A stretch of DNA of 24,000 nucleotides from Bacteroidota bacterium (GTDB lineage Bacteria; Bacteroidota; Bacteroidia; Chitinophagales; Chitinophagaceae): contig VBAQ01000155.1 in assembly GCA_005883765.1 (NCBI GenBank), positions 2,512 to 26,511 of the forward strand. The letters are read 5' to 3'. Position 1 is the first letter of the stretch; each line of letters begins with the position of its first letter. The translations under genes and the position numbers were made by a program. The notes under the pieces were generated by a model. The model was not told where the DNA came from and ran no database searches. It saw only the letters and a program-made list of their open reading frames with translations. Below, piece by piece: positions 1 to 8,166 of the stretch.

Positions 1-657
1 GTTTAGCAAAACAGCTATTAAATTATTTTGCTCGTCATCAAATTTTACAACGTCCAATTCATGATCACACGGGCCATCCAGGTTTCGACCAAGCCAGACG
101 CCGCCATCGGCAAATACGGCACGACGATTAATATTGAGTTTACAAACTCCTTTCCCGATCCCCATGCGAAATGGCACAGGATCCTTCATCGCATTTGTTG
201 CAAGCGTGACAAATTTTTCTTCGAGATTCTTAATATAATCTTCATTGGCCTGCGGCAATTTATCTTCATAGGTATGGATGGCAGGACCACCATGGTTGTG
301 CACCGCAACAATCATGATATTGTCAGAGGAAATTCCTGTTTTTAGTGAGATCATTTTTTTTATGCTATCAGCAAATGAAGTCCGGAAGCCAATCAGGTCC
401 GCTGATATGAGCAGCGCTTTATTTTGATCATCAGAAAAAAACAGAGCGGATGCAAAAAGCGAATCATGAACACCGGTTGAGGGCGTTTTCCTTGCGTCAT
501 ATCCACTCATCAGTACGGGTTGGTCAGGTGTGATATTGATTTGGCTGGCGCCCATCTTGACTAAATCTTTATTATTTGTGAGACTTTGCCCTATCGATGA
601 CCCGGATACGAAGCACAAAAGGATCAACATCAGGTTGAAGAATACTTTATCTTTCAT
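1..657 (-). CDS. Neutral/alkaline ceramidase-like hydrolase, N-terminal part (partial; continues past the left edge)
   Basis: Missing from the ORF track because it runs off the edge. Reverse-strand ATG at 655-657 opens 219 codons with no stop down to position 1. Translation begins MKDKVFFNLMLILLCFVSGSSIGQS (signal peptide). It continues INITPDQPVLMSGYDARKTPSTGVHDSLFASALFF..ISADLIG..IVAVHNHGGP, matching my memory of the ceramidase N-terminal domain pattern (DITP..GY..R..G.HD.L.ARA..D..THTHSGP). Confidence 0.6.
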   Translation of the reverse strand, partial: MKDKVFFNLMLILLCFVSGSSIGQSLTNNKDLVKMGASQINITPDQPVLMSGYDARKTPSTGVHDSLFASALFFSDDQNKALLISADLIGFRTSFADSIKKMISLKTGISSDNIMIVAVHNHGGPAIHTYEDKLPQANEDYIKNLEEKFVTLATNAMKDPVPFRMGIGKGVCKLNINRRAVFADGGVWLGRNLDGPCDHELDVVKFDDEQNNLIAVLLN

Positions 658-705
658 TGTTTGGTTCTTATTTTTTTTCCTATAGATAAATCATTAAGAC
701 AATCG

Positions 706-2226
706 TTAACGGTCATTGAGCGACCCGTTCCATCTCAGTGTAGTTATCGAATGCGCTTGCAGGGGTTGAATTATCATTTTATTGCCCCAGGTTATTTTAC
801 AGTTCATTTCATCACCGTTGTTGATGATATTAAGCACTACACTCTTATCCGGATTTTTAAACCCCACAAAATTTATTTGAGCTGAACCGCCCCGCGTTTC
901 AATCCTGCTTGCCCCAGGCCTTACGAATCGACTAAAGTGAGTAAGGTAATAATATAAGCCTGTATAGGAAATTTTTTTGATAGTCCTGTTAATGATCAAC
1001 ACCGGGTGTTGCTTGTTATTGTCAGGGTCTCCATGCTCCGGCGAAACCAGCCAGGGGCCACCCTTTTCATCCAGTATCATATTCCAATAAATCCACGCAG
1101 ATGCCCAGTTCTTCAGATCATTTATGATCATGTTTCCCCAAAATTCACCATCACTAAATTCATACACCGGAAGTTTGCCTGGGCCATTAGGAGGAACATT
1201 ATTTGGCATGGCGTAACATACTTCAGTTTGCCAGATTGGTAGACCGGGATATCTGCTGTGCAGATCCGTAAGAGTTGAAAATTTATCCCAATCATATCCG
1301 TGAATAGTCAGTGAGTGAATGTCTTTTATCAATTCAGCATCATCCAGCACAGCTGGAAATTTTTGAATTGCTTCAGGACGATCTGCAGTTTCACCAAACT
1401 GAATTTTTACAGATGAACCGTCTGCTTTTAGTTGAGGCACGACAAAGTTTTTTATCATCTCCCCGATTTCTTTGTAGCTGACATTTGAGTACCACGTGTT
1501 GTCGGCTTCATTAAACAAGTTGAGATAATCAATGCGCACACCGTTTTCTAAGTACGATCGAAGGTAGTGGGAATAATACCTGGCCAAAGCCAAATAGTAT
1601 TTTGGCTTGACATGTTTTTCGCCTGGTTTCAGACTATAGTACATCCAATCGGGTGCAAAGTCCATCGGGGATTCGATCTTAAATTTTCCAAACTGTGAAG
1701 CTTTTTTAATATAGGTTATAAGTCCATTGGGACCTAAGTCTCTTTTGATATTGAAATGCATCATTAAAGTGTCATCAGCCGTTTCATTGTAAGAATACCA
1801 CGGGCCCGCCGAGGCAAAATCGCATGCAGCAATCGGAGATTTCATTAATGTAAATCCTGCTCCTGCGATAGAGTCAAATAAGGATCTCAAGGCTTTGTTT
1901 AGATCCTTAGGTGGCAGAGAATTTAGGCAAATCATTCCTGCTTCGTTAAAGGTTGCCCCAAATCCTTCTATTGTTTGATAAGATTTTTTGCCATCCACTT
2001 CTATCACTGGATCTGATGACCTCGTGCCTGAAATAAATTTCACATTCTTCTTTCTTGTTAGTCGGTCACCGGATCGTGATGAAACATAGACCTCGGTTTC
2101 CACCTTGTCTTTTTTATTGCTGGAGTAGTTCTGTTGCGCGGAAATAAAACCGTTATCTAAAATACAGACCAGTTCAAAAAAAATTATTTTACAGTAGATA
2201 CTTTTATATGCCACGCTACATGTCAT
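706..2226 (-). CDS. Glycoside hydrolase family 30 (glucosylceramidase-like), secreted
   Basis: 506-aa ORF with ATG start. GH30-type motifs are present: EGFGATFNEAG, SPIAACDFAS, LFNEADN (acid/base Glu context) and LPIWQTEVC (nucleophile Glu context). The N-terminus is hydrophobic. Confidence 0.8.
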   Translation of the reverse strand: MTCSVAYKSIYCKIIFFELVCILDNGFISAQQNYSSNKKDKVETEVYVSSRSGDRLTRKKNVKFISGTRSSDPVIEVDGKKSYQTIEGFGATFNEAGMICLNSLPPKDLNKALRSLFDSIAGAGFTLMKSPIAACDFASAGPWYSYNETADDTLMMHFNIKRDLGPNGLITYIKKASQFGKFKIESPMDFAPDWMYYSLKPGEKHVKPKYYLALARYYSHYLRSYLENGVRIDYLNLFNEADNTWYSNVSYKEIGEMIKNFVVPQLKADGSSVKIQFGETADRPEAIQKFPAVLDDAELIKDIHSLTIHGYDWDKFSTLTDLHSRYPGLPIWQTEVCYAMPNNVPPNGPGKLPVYEFSDGEFWGNMIINDLKNWASAWIYWNMILDEKGGPWLVSPEHGDPDNNKQHPVLIINRTIKKISYTGLYYYLTHFSRFVRPGASRIETRGGSAQINFVGFKNPDKSVVLNIINNGDEMNCKITWGNKMIIQPLQAHSITTLRWNGSLNDR

Positions 2227-2277
2227 GATCTTTATTAGCGGTGAAAAATATTTTGATAGGAAACCTGGTCACGTTAG

Positions 2278-3462
2278 CTATCTGCAAGCCTCAATAAATT
2301 GATCTGCTGCTGACTCAATCTCGCTGTCACTTGAATTAATGTTGATGCCCCAACCAGCTCCCAGCCCTCCGTCTACTACGCCAATGCTGATGTTCATGGC
2401 GCGACTAAGAATGTTATCCGTTTTAGGATAAGCTCCTTTTTTATGAGGTCTCCCGATCTTTTTTAAATATTCTAACACATGCTCCATGTTAGCGTAGACA
2501 TGCCAGCCGCTTTCGTCAAGCGTTTTTGATCCAAGGATTTTTGAAACTTTCAGGGCCTGCTCACGGTTGTCAAAGGTAACCGTACAAATTGTCGCACAAT
2601 CTCCATCCGGATCATTCAATGTCCTCAACTTAAAACCTTTTGCGTCAGCTATCAGGTTTTTAAATTTTTTTCTCTTCTCGCGGAGCGTTGTTACGATCAT
2701 ATCAAGCTTGCCTAACTGGACAAGTCCTACTGCAGCAGTGAGCTCATTCATACGAAAGTTCAAACCCAGCAAATTACGGGAACCAACTTCTACACCAAGC
2801 CTGCTGGGTTTATGCCCCTGGTCATGCATGGCAAAAGCAGTCTCATAAAGATTTTGATCATTAGTAACCACCAGGCCACCGTCTCCACTATTTATCGTTT
2901 TGAATACATTTAGTGAGAAGGCACCCATGTCTCCAATAGTGCCCACTTTTTTCATTTTATACGAGGCCCCGGCAGCCTGGCAACAGTCCTCCAGCACAAG
3001 TAGTTTATGTTTTTTCGCAACCGCCATTATTCTGTCCATGTCACAAGGATTACCTAACATGTGTACAGGCATGATTGCTCTTGTATGCGACGTAATATGC
3101 CTTTCAATGTCATCCGGATCGAGTGTAAGGCTTTCATCTATTTCCGAAAGCACGGGAATGATTCCGAGAAAAATACACGACGTATAACTGGCAACAAATG
3201 TGTACGCAGGAACAATTATCTCATCGCCCGGTTGTAAGCCCAATGCTGCCAGGGATGCAACCAATGAAGCCGTTCCTGACGACGTGGCCAAGGCAAACTT
3301 TGCTCCGCAGTATTTGGCGAACTCGTTTTCTAAACTTGCCACAGTGTGCAAAAATTTCGGATCGGTCTCACTGCCATACCTAAAAAGATGACCGCTTTGC
3401 ATAACCCTGTTAACTGCATCTGCTTCCTCCTTTCCGAACCAGTAGGCTCCGGGGCCTGCCAT
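2278..3462 (-). CDS. DegT/DnrJ/EryC1/StrS-family PLP-dependent aminotransferase
   Basis: 394-aa ORF with ATG start. Family pattern: ATSSGTASL, GDEIIVPAYTF, PVHMLGNPCDMD, and the PLP-lysine context AFSLNVFKTINSGDGG. Confidence 0.85.
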   Translation of the reverse strand: MAGPGAYWFGKEEADAVNRVMQSGHLFRYGSETDPKFLHTVASLENEFAKYCGAKFALATSSGTASLVASLAALGLQPGDEIIVPAYTFVASYTSCIFLGIIPVLSEIDESLTLDPDDIERHITSHTRAIMPVHMLGNPCDMDRIMAVAKKHKLLVLEDCCQAAGASYKMKKVGTIGDMGAFSLNVFKTINSGDGGLVVTNDQNLYETAFAMHDQGHKPSRLGVEVGSRNLLGLNFRMNELTAAVGLVQLGKLDMIVTTLREKRKKFKNLIADAKGFKLRTLNDPDGDCATICTVTFDNREQALKVSKILGSKTLDESGWHVYANMEHVLEYLKKIGRPHKKGAYPKTDNILSRAMNISIGVVDGGLGAGWGININSSDSEIESAADQFIEACR

Positions 3463-3542
3463 AAAATGTTTTTTTTAAAAGGTAAGTCGAGTCATGTGGA
3501 TTTTCAAGGTATAAGTTAGAAACAAATCCTCATTCCAGGATT

Positions 3543-4928
3543 CTAGGGCAAACTAATAACAGGAATTTGCTTCTGAAATCCTTTCGTTCGTATGGCGAGA
3601 TAAATAATTCCTGCAGCCATCCAGCCTCCACCGATTATAAAGGTCTTTGCGGGCAAATTGAGCCAGATGATAAGACAAGTAAGAAAACCAAGTGCGCCTG
3701 GCAAAAAATTTATCAAAAAACTCTTAATCGTCTTTTTTCCTATCATGAAATAATATTCCCGGATGGACGCAATGTTGACCGCCATGAATGCAAAGAAAGC
3801 TCCAAAATTTATCAGGCGTGCGCACTCTTCGTAATTGAAAAAAAGAGCGCTCACTAAAGTCAAAATCCCGATGATCATCACATTGTAATCAGGGCTAGAA
3901 TGTTTTTTATCCAAATGTCCAAAAATTGCCCGCGGGATAACGCCATCTCTTCCCATTCCATAAAGAAGGCGAGAAGCGCCAATCTGGGCGGTTATGCCGG
4001 AACCGACGCTTGCAAGTAGTAGCACAACCGTCAAAGCAATGTCGAGTAAAGAGCCACCAACGCGACGAGCTACTGTCATGATCGCAGTGTCAAGAGCATT
4101 GTTTCGTGCAGCCTCAGTGTCGAGCCCGCTCGTAAAAGAAGACCAATCGGGCCAGGATAATTGCGCCAAATAAATTTGTGCGCCGCTCCAAATGCCAGTG
4201 ATCACACAAGTGAGTACAGCGGCCAGCAATACATTTCTTTTTGGGTTTTCCACTTCTTCGGACAAAGTTGTTATTCCGTCGAATCCTATATAGGTCAGCG
4301 CTGCTAATGCCGTGGCTGATGCAATCGGCCTCAAAGAAAAAGTTGTTTTATCATAAAATGGACGTAAAGAAAATAAACCTTTAAAGCCGTTATGGATAGA
4401 AATATACCGAATGGCAGCGCCCATAAAATAAAAAACGACTATGCTCATAGTGATCATTAAAACCACGTTGGTGATAGCCGCCATTTTCAATCCTTTCAAA
4501 TTAACCAGCGTAAATAGTGCCGCAAAAATAAATAACCAGATGGCATAAGGAATGAACGAGACCAGGTAGTTTGCAGTAATGCCGGCATAGATTACACAAA
4601 TAATTGGTACAAACATGTAGTCCATGAACATGGACCATCCGGCAATGAACCCCGCGTAACTATGTATGCCTTTACTAACATAAGTGTAGGCAGAACCTGC
4701 GACGGGATACATGTTTGCCATTCTTCCATAACTAATGGCGGTAAGGATCATTCCAATCATTGCTATCAGGATCGAAGTGACTGCATGACCGCGCGAAATA
4801 GCGTTGGCGTGACCAAACAGAGGTAGTGCAGCTACGGGCTGGATCAATATTATACCGTAGATGATAAGATCGTTGAGGGACAAAACCCGATGCAACTTTT
4901 TTTCTGACTGCGCTTGGTGATTATTCAT
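3543..4928 (-). CDS. APC-superfamily amino acid/polyamine permease (PuuP/PlaP-like)
   Basis: Polytopic membrane ORF with about 12 hydrophobic segments. The ORF-track start at 4988 is TTG. The first ATG at 4926-4928 gives MNNHQAQSEKKLHRVLSLNDLIIYGI, which fits the usual permease N-terminus, so I prefer 4928. Confidence 0.8.
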   Translation of the reverse strand: MNNHQAQSEKKLHRVLSLNDLIIYGIILIQPVAALPLFGHANAISRGHAVTSILIAMIGMILTAISYGRMANMYPVAGSAYTYVSKGIHSYAGFIAGWSMFMDYMFVPIICVIYAGITANYLVSFIPYAIWLFIFAALFTLVNLKGLKMAAITNVVLMITMSIVVFYFMGAAIRYISIHNGFKGLFSLRPFYDKTTFSLRPIASATALAALTYIGFDGITTLSEEVENPKRNVLLAAVLTCVITGIWSGAQIYLAQLSWPDWSSFTSGLDTEAARNNALDTAIMTVARRVGGSLLDIALTVVLLLASVGSGITAQIGASRLLYGMGRDGVIPRAIFGHLDKKHSSPDYNVMIIGILTLVSALFFNYEECARLINFGAFFAFMAVNIASIREYYFMIGKKTIKSFLINFLPGALGFLTCLIIWLNLPAKTFIIGGGWMAAGIIYLAIRTKGFQKQIPVISLP

Positions 4929-4984
4929 CCCAAAAATTCTTTCGTTAGAATACTCTGCCTGATGAAAACAGGTAGCCTGGTTAC

Positions 4985-5638
4985 TCAAACATTTCTTATC
5001 AATGCAGCATTTAATTCTTCAAACGATTTGACCACTACATCAGCCCTGCTTAAATCCTGAACGCCGGAATTGGGATTCAAAAATCCAATTGATTTCATCC
5101 CCGCAACCCTGGCAGCAGTTACTCCATTTTCTGAATCCTCTATGACAACACATTCCCCGGGGTCGCAATTGGCAAGCGCGGCTGATCTTAAAAAAATTTC
5201 CGGATGCGGTTTGGAATGTATGAGCTCTGTTCCACTCACCTGTGCTATAAAATAATCTGAAAGATTAAATTTCTTAAGGACCATATCGATGACTTCGCCG
5301 TGTGACGAGGAAGCGACGATTATTTTAAGATTATCTTGATGAAGTTCCTTTATTAACTCTACTACACCAGGAATAGGATGGAGATCTTTTGCTGCAATGA
5401 GATGCTTCATATACATTGCATAGTCCTTTTTTATTAACTCCTCAAGGTCATTGGCAATCTCATGTTTTTTTATAATCATCTCCCACATATTTCGGGATGA
5501 GGTGCCAACATAAGAGCAGTGTTCTTCGAAGGATATCGCAATTTTCAATTCTTCAAAGATCTGTTTTTCGATATTGAAATGGATGGGTTCACTGTCTATA
5601 ATGACTCCGTCCATATCAAAAATTACCGTTTGGATCAT
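4985..5638 (-). CDS. HAD-IA family hydrolase (beta-phosphoglucomutase / sugar-phosphatase-like)
   Basis: 217 aa with ATG start. HAD motif I is FDMDGVIIDSE, motif II is VASSS, and motifs III/IV are K..(x)..EDSENG. Confidence 0.85.
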   Translation of the reverse strand: MIQTVIFDMDGVIIDSEPIHFNIEKQIFEELKIAISFEEHCSYVGTSSRNMWEMIIKKHEIANDLEELIKKDYAMYMKHLIAAKDLHPIPGVVELIKELHQDNLKIIVASSSHGEVIDMVLKKFNLSDYFIAQVSGTELIHSKPHPEIFLRSAALANCDPGECVVIEDSENGVTAARVAGMKSIGFLNPNSGVQDLSRADVVVKSFEELNAALIRNV

Positions 5639-5711
5639 AGCGGATATAAAAATAGTGACAATAGTTTGTCAATAGTCGCTTTAAGACTTCAGGGAGGCAA
5701 AGACAGAGATC

Positions 5712-7628
5712 TCACTTGCGAATGACAAGTCTCTTGATTACATTGTTAATTTGTAACTCATACACGCCGGACTCGAACGAAGACAGGTCAACAGCGGTGC
5801 TTCCGTTACTGTTTACTATTTTTTTATGCCACCTTATGGTGCCGGATAAGTCAAACAATTTTATTTCAGTAAGAGAGGAGAAGTTACCCGTTATAAAGAC
5901 CTGCTCAGAAGCTGGATTCGGATAGAGAACAAACCGATCATTTTTTTGATTGCCATTTACCTGGCGTACTGGCGAATAAAAAAAGACATTATTTTTTTCA
6001 ATGACCCTCAGCCGGTACAAATTGATTCCTTGTTCAGGATGATCATCGGTATAGGAATAATTATTTTTCAGGCTGTCGGCCAGAGCTGAATAAAGTGGGG
6101 ACCAACTATTCGCCATGTTTTTTTCCAGTACGAATTCTTGTGCTATTTCGGGATTTGACACGGCCCATCGCAATTGAATGTTTGATTCATTGCGTGCAGC
6201 TTTAAAATAAATCAACTTCACCGCTAAAGGAATCGAAAGACAGTACGTGGCGGAATCGGTTGATTGCCGAATGACATAAGAAGAAATCGTAGTGCCATTG
6301 GAACCAGCGGCTGCCGGTATCGTGGCATTACATCCAGGATCGCGACTGTACTCCAGGCCGGCAGGTCCACCAGTGACAGAGATCGTGACGGCCGGTGCCG
6401 ACCCCGTAAAATAGATCACGCCACCGCTGCCCCCACCTCCTGCACCATAACATCTCTGCGTAGTGCCGGCATCATCTTCGTCACCTCCTTTACCACCATT
6501 TGCTTGTAGGGTCACCGAACCTGAATAACTGGTTATGTCCATGACAACCGAACCGGCCGCACCACCACCAGATGCTCCATCAGAAACGGCGGTGCCACCT
6601 GCGCCGCCATTGGCCGATATTTTATATCCGTTGCCAATTAGAGTTTCGGCCTCAATAAAAATGAGGCCTCCTCCATTGCCTCCGCCGTTCGAAATCGTGA
6701 GTGTTCCATTTGAGTGTCCAGCGCCTCCTGCACCACCAAAAAATAATTTTGTGCCGTTCCAGTTTTTTAATGCTTTGCCCCCGTCGGCGTGCAGGTCAGT
6801 CGTGCAGCCTGCACTGCTTGAATTGCCACCACCTTTTCCTCCAGCAGCTAAATTGGCACCACCTGCGCCTCCATTATTATGATTGTTGCCTCCACCCCCT
6901 CCATTCGCCGGCGCACCACGACCACCACTTTGCGCCAGGGGAAAATCATAAACGCTCTCACCTTTATACGAACCATTTTGTGGTGCGGTCGAAGAAGCAT
7001 TATAAAAATAATTCGTTGCAGCAAACGGAACATTAAAGCATGTTCCATTACTCAATAAATAACCGCCTCCCCTGAAGCCCGAAGAGTCTGCGTAGACAGG
7101 CGCATTGAGTGTCAAGTCTTGGGATACACTGATGGCGATTACACCACCGGTGCCGTTTGTGTTATTCCAGGGTGAAGCTTTTATTGTATCAATAACATTA
7201 GCCGAATAATATTCCGCGAACTTTACCAGCTGCACCTTGTCAGTAACTGTGTAACTGTTCAAAAAATTATGGAACATAAAAACTGAATCACCATTGATAG
7301 AACATATGATAGCCCGCTCATAGTTGCCGGCATTGTTAAGAGAAGTTGTATCCCCAAAACTGCTGTTATTGGTGGTGATGACTGAGGCGCCCTTCATTTG
7401 TATGAGTAACGTTTTTTGCAGTCGAGCCAGACCCGCGACGGTGTTTAATCTTACACACGCTTTTGCAGGAATAACTTCAACCACTTTGTAGTAGCTGTTT
7501 ACAACACCACTAATATTAGTTTGGGCAGAAGCGAAGAAAAAGCCAAAGACCATTACCTGTAATAAAAAAAGGTAGCAGACTTTCTGGAATAGAAAAGGCA
7601 GGACAGTGGCTGGTCTCACAGGAATCAT
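5712..7628 (-). CDS. Secreted glycine-rich protein with T9SS (Por) C-terminal sorting domain; function unknown
   Basis: 638 aa. Signal peptide ..FGFFFASAQT. The central ~200 aa is Gly/Asn/Ala-rich (GGGGGNNHNNGGAGGANLAAGGKGGG..). The C-terminal ~80 aa (LYPNPASEQVFI..LFDLSGT..GVYELQI..) matches the T9SS type-A CTD pattern. Confidence 0.75.
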   Translation of the reverse strand: MIPVRPATVLPFLFQKVCYLFLLQVMVFGFFFASAQTNISGVVNSYYKVVEVIPAKACVRLNTVAGLARLQKTLLIQMKGASVITTNNSSFGDTTSLNNAGNYERAIICSINGDSVFMFHNFLNSYTVTDKVQLVKFAEYYSANVIDTIKASPWNNTNGTGGVIAISVSQDLTLNAPVYADSSGFRGGGYLLSNGTCFNVPFAATNYFYNASSTAPQNGSYKGESVYDFPLAQSGGRGAPANGGGGGNNHNNGGAGGANLAAGGKGGGNSSSAGCTTDLHADGGKALKNWNGTKLFFGGAGGAGHSNGTLTISNGGGNGGGLIFIEAETLIGNGYKISANGGAGGTAVSDGASGGGAAGSVVMDITSYSGSVTLQANGGKGGDEDDAGTTQRCYGAGGGGSGGVIYFTGSAPAVTISVTGGPAGLEYSRDPGCNATIPAAAGSNGTTISSYVIRQSTDSATYCLSIPLAVKLIYFKAARNESNIQLRWAVSNPEIAQEFVLEKNMANSWSPLYSALADSLKNNYSYTDDHPEQGINLYRLRVIEKNNVFFYSPVRQVNGNQKNDRFVLYPNPASEQVFITGNFSSLTEIKLFDLSGTIRWHKKIVNSNGSTAVDLSSFESGVYELQINNVIKRLVIRK

Positions 7629-7791
7629 GGCCTTCTAAAATTAATAATTGTTTTCTGTAAGGGAAACCAATTAGTGTCTGGGAATAATACATAGTAGATC
7701 AACGATGTGTCCGTGCGGTTAATCCCATAATCAGTCTTGCGATCGTTTGCCAGCTTTCAAATAAAATGCATTCTATTTTTTATCGAGCTTT

Positions 7792-8157
7792 TCAAACGCA
7801 TACCTGAGCATGGTGTGTGGCATCGTTGTCAACAAACCATTTGTGGTTCGCCTGGTTTTGCTTTTGTAGTAAAATGGGTTTGATATTGAATCCTTTTTGA
7901 TAATCGACCAAATAGTCAACCACCTGCTGGCGACTCGGGTAACGCGGTACGTTGCTATCAAATTTTTTATAGGGCAAATTTGACAAACCCTTGTTGGTAT
8001 GCAAATGAAGGCGGTCGTAATGATTACGCCAGGGCGTAGCTACCTGGTCTTCTTTGTCAATGATAAGATATTCGATGTTCTTTTTTTGCAAAGTCGAAGC
8101 ACAAGCCAGGCCCGAGACGCTTGCTCCGATAATGAGAGTATTTGTTTCTTTCATCAT
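7792..8157 (-). pseudogene. Truncated N-terminal fragment of an FAD/NAD(P)-binding flavin monooxygenase-like oxidoreductase
   Basis: The 121-aa ORF starts with a dinucleotide-binding fold (LIIGASVSGLACA..IIDKE) followed by WRNHYDRLHLHT. That is typical of the first third of ~350-450-aa FMO/CzcO-like enzymes. It stops after ..HKWFVDNDATHHAQVCV, and no second nucleotide-binding motif follows. Confidence 0.45.
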
Positions 8158-8166
8158 GAAGCACGA

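Noticed and set aside
28-345. 105-aa plus-strand ORF at the left edge, and 661-885 and 1006-1242 on the plus strand
   Set aside because: They are antisense to the well-supported ceramidase-like and GH30 coding regions and start with TTG or weak contexts. They have no recognisable motifs.
4929-4988. TTG start at 4988 for the APC permease, overlapping the HAD gene stop
   Set aside because: The 20 added residues (SNQATCFHQAEYSNERIFG) look non-conserved, and an ATG at 4928 precedes the typical permease N-terminus. This is kept only as an alternative and cannot be excluded without data.
6535-6882. 115-aa proline/alanine-rich plus-strand ORF, with neighbours at 6264-6509 and 6701-7036
   Set aside because: They are mirror-image artefacts of the GGN-rich coding region on the minus strand. 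The minus-strand ORF has a signal peptide and a T9SS CTD and is the real gene.
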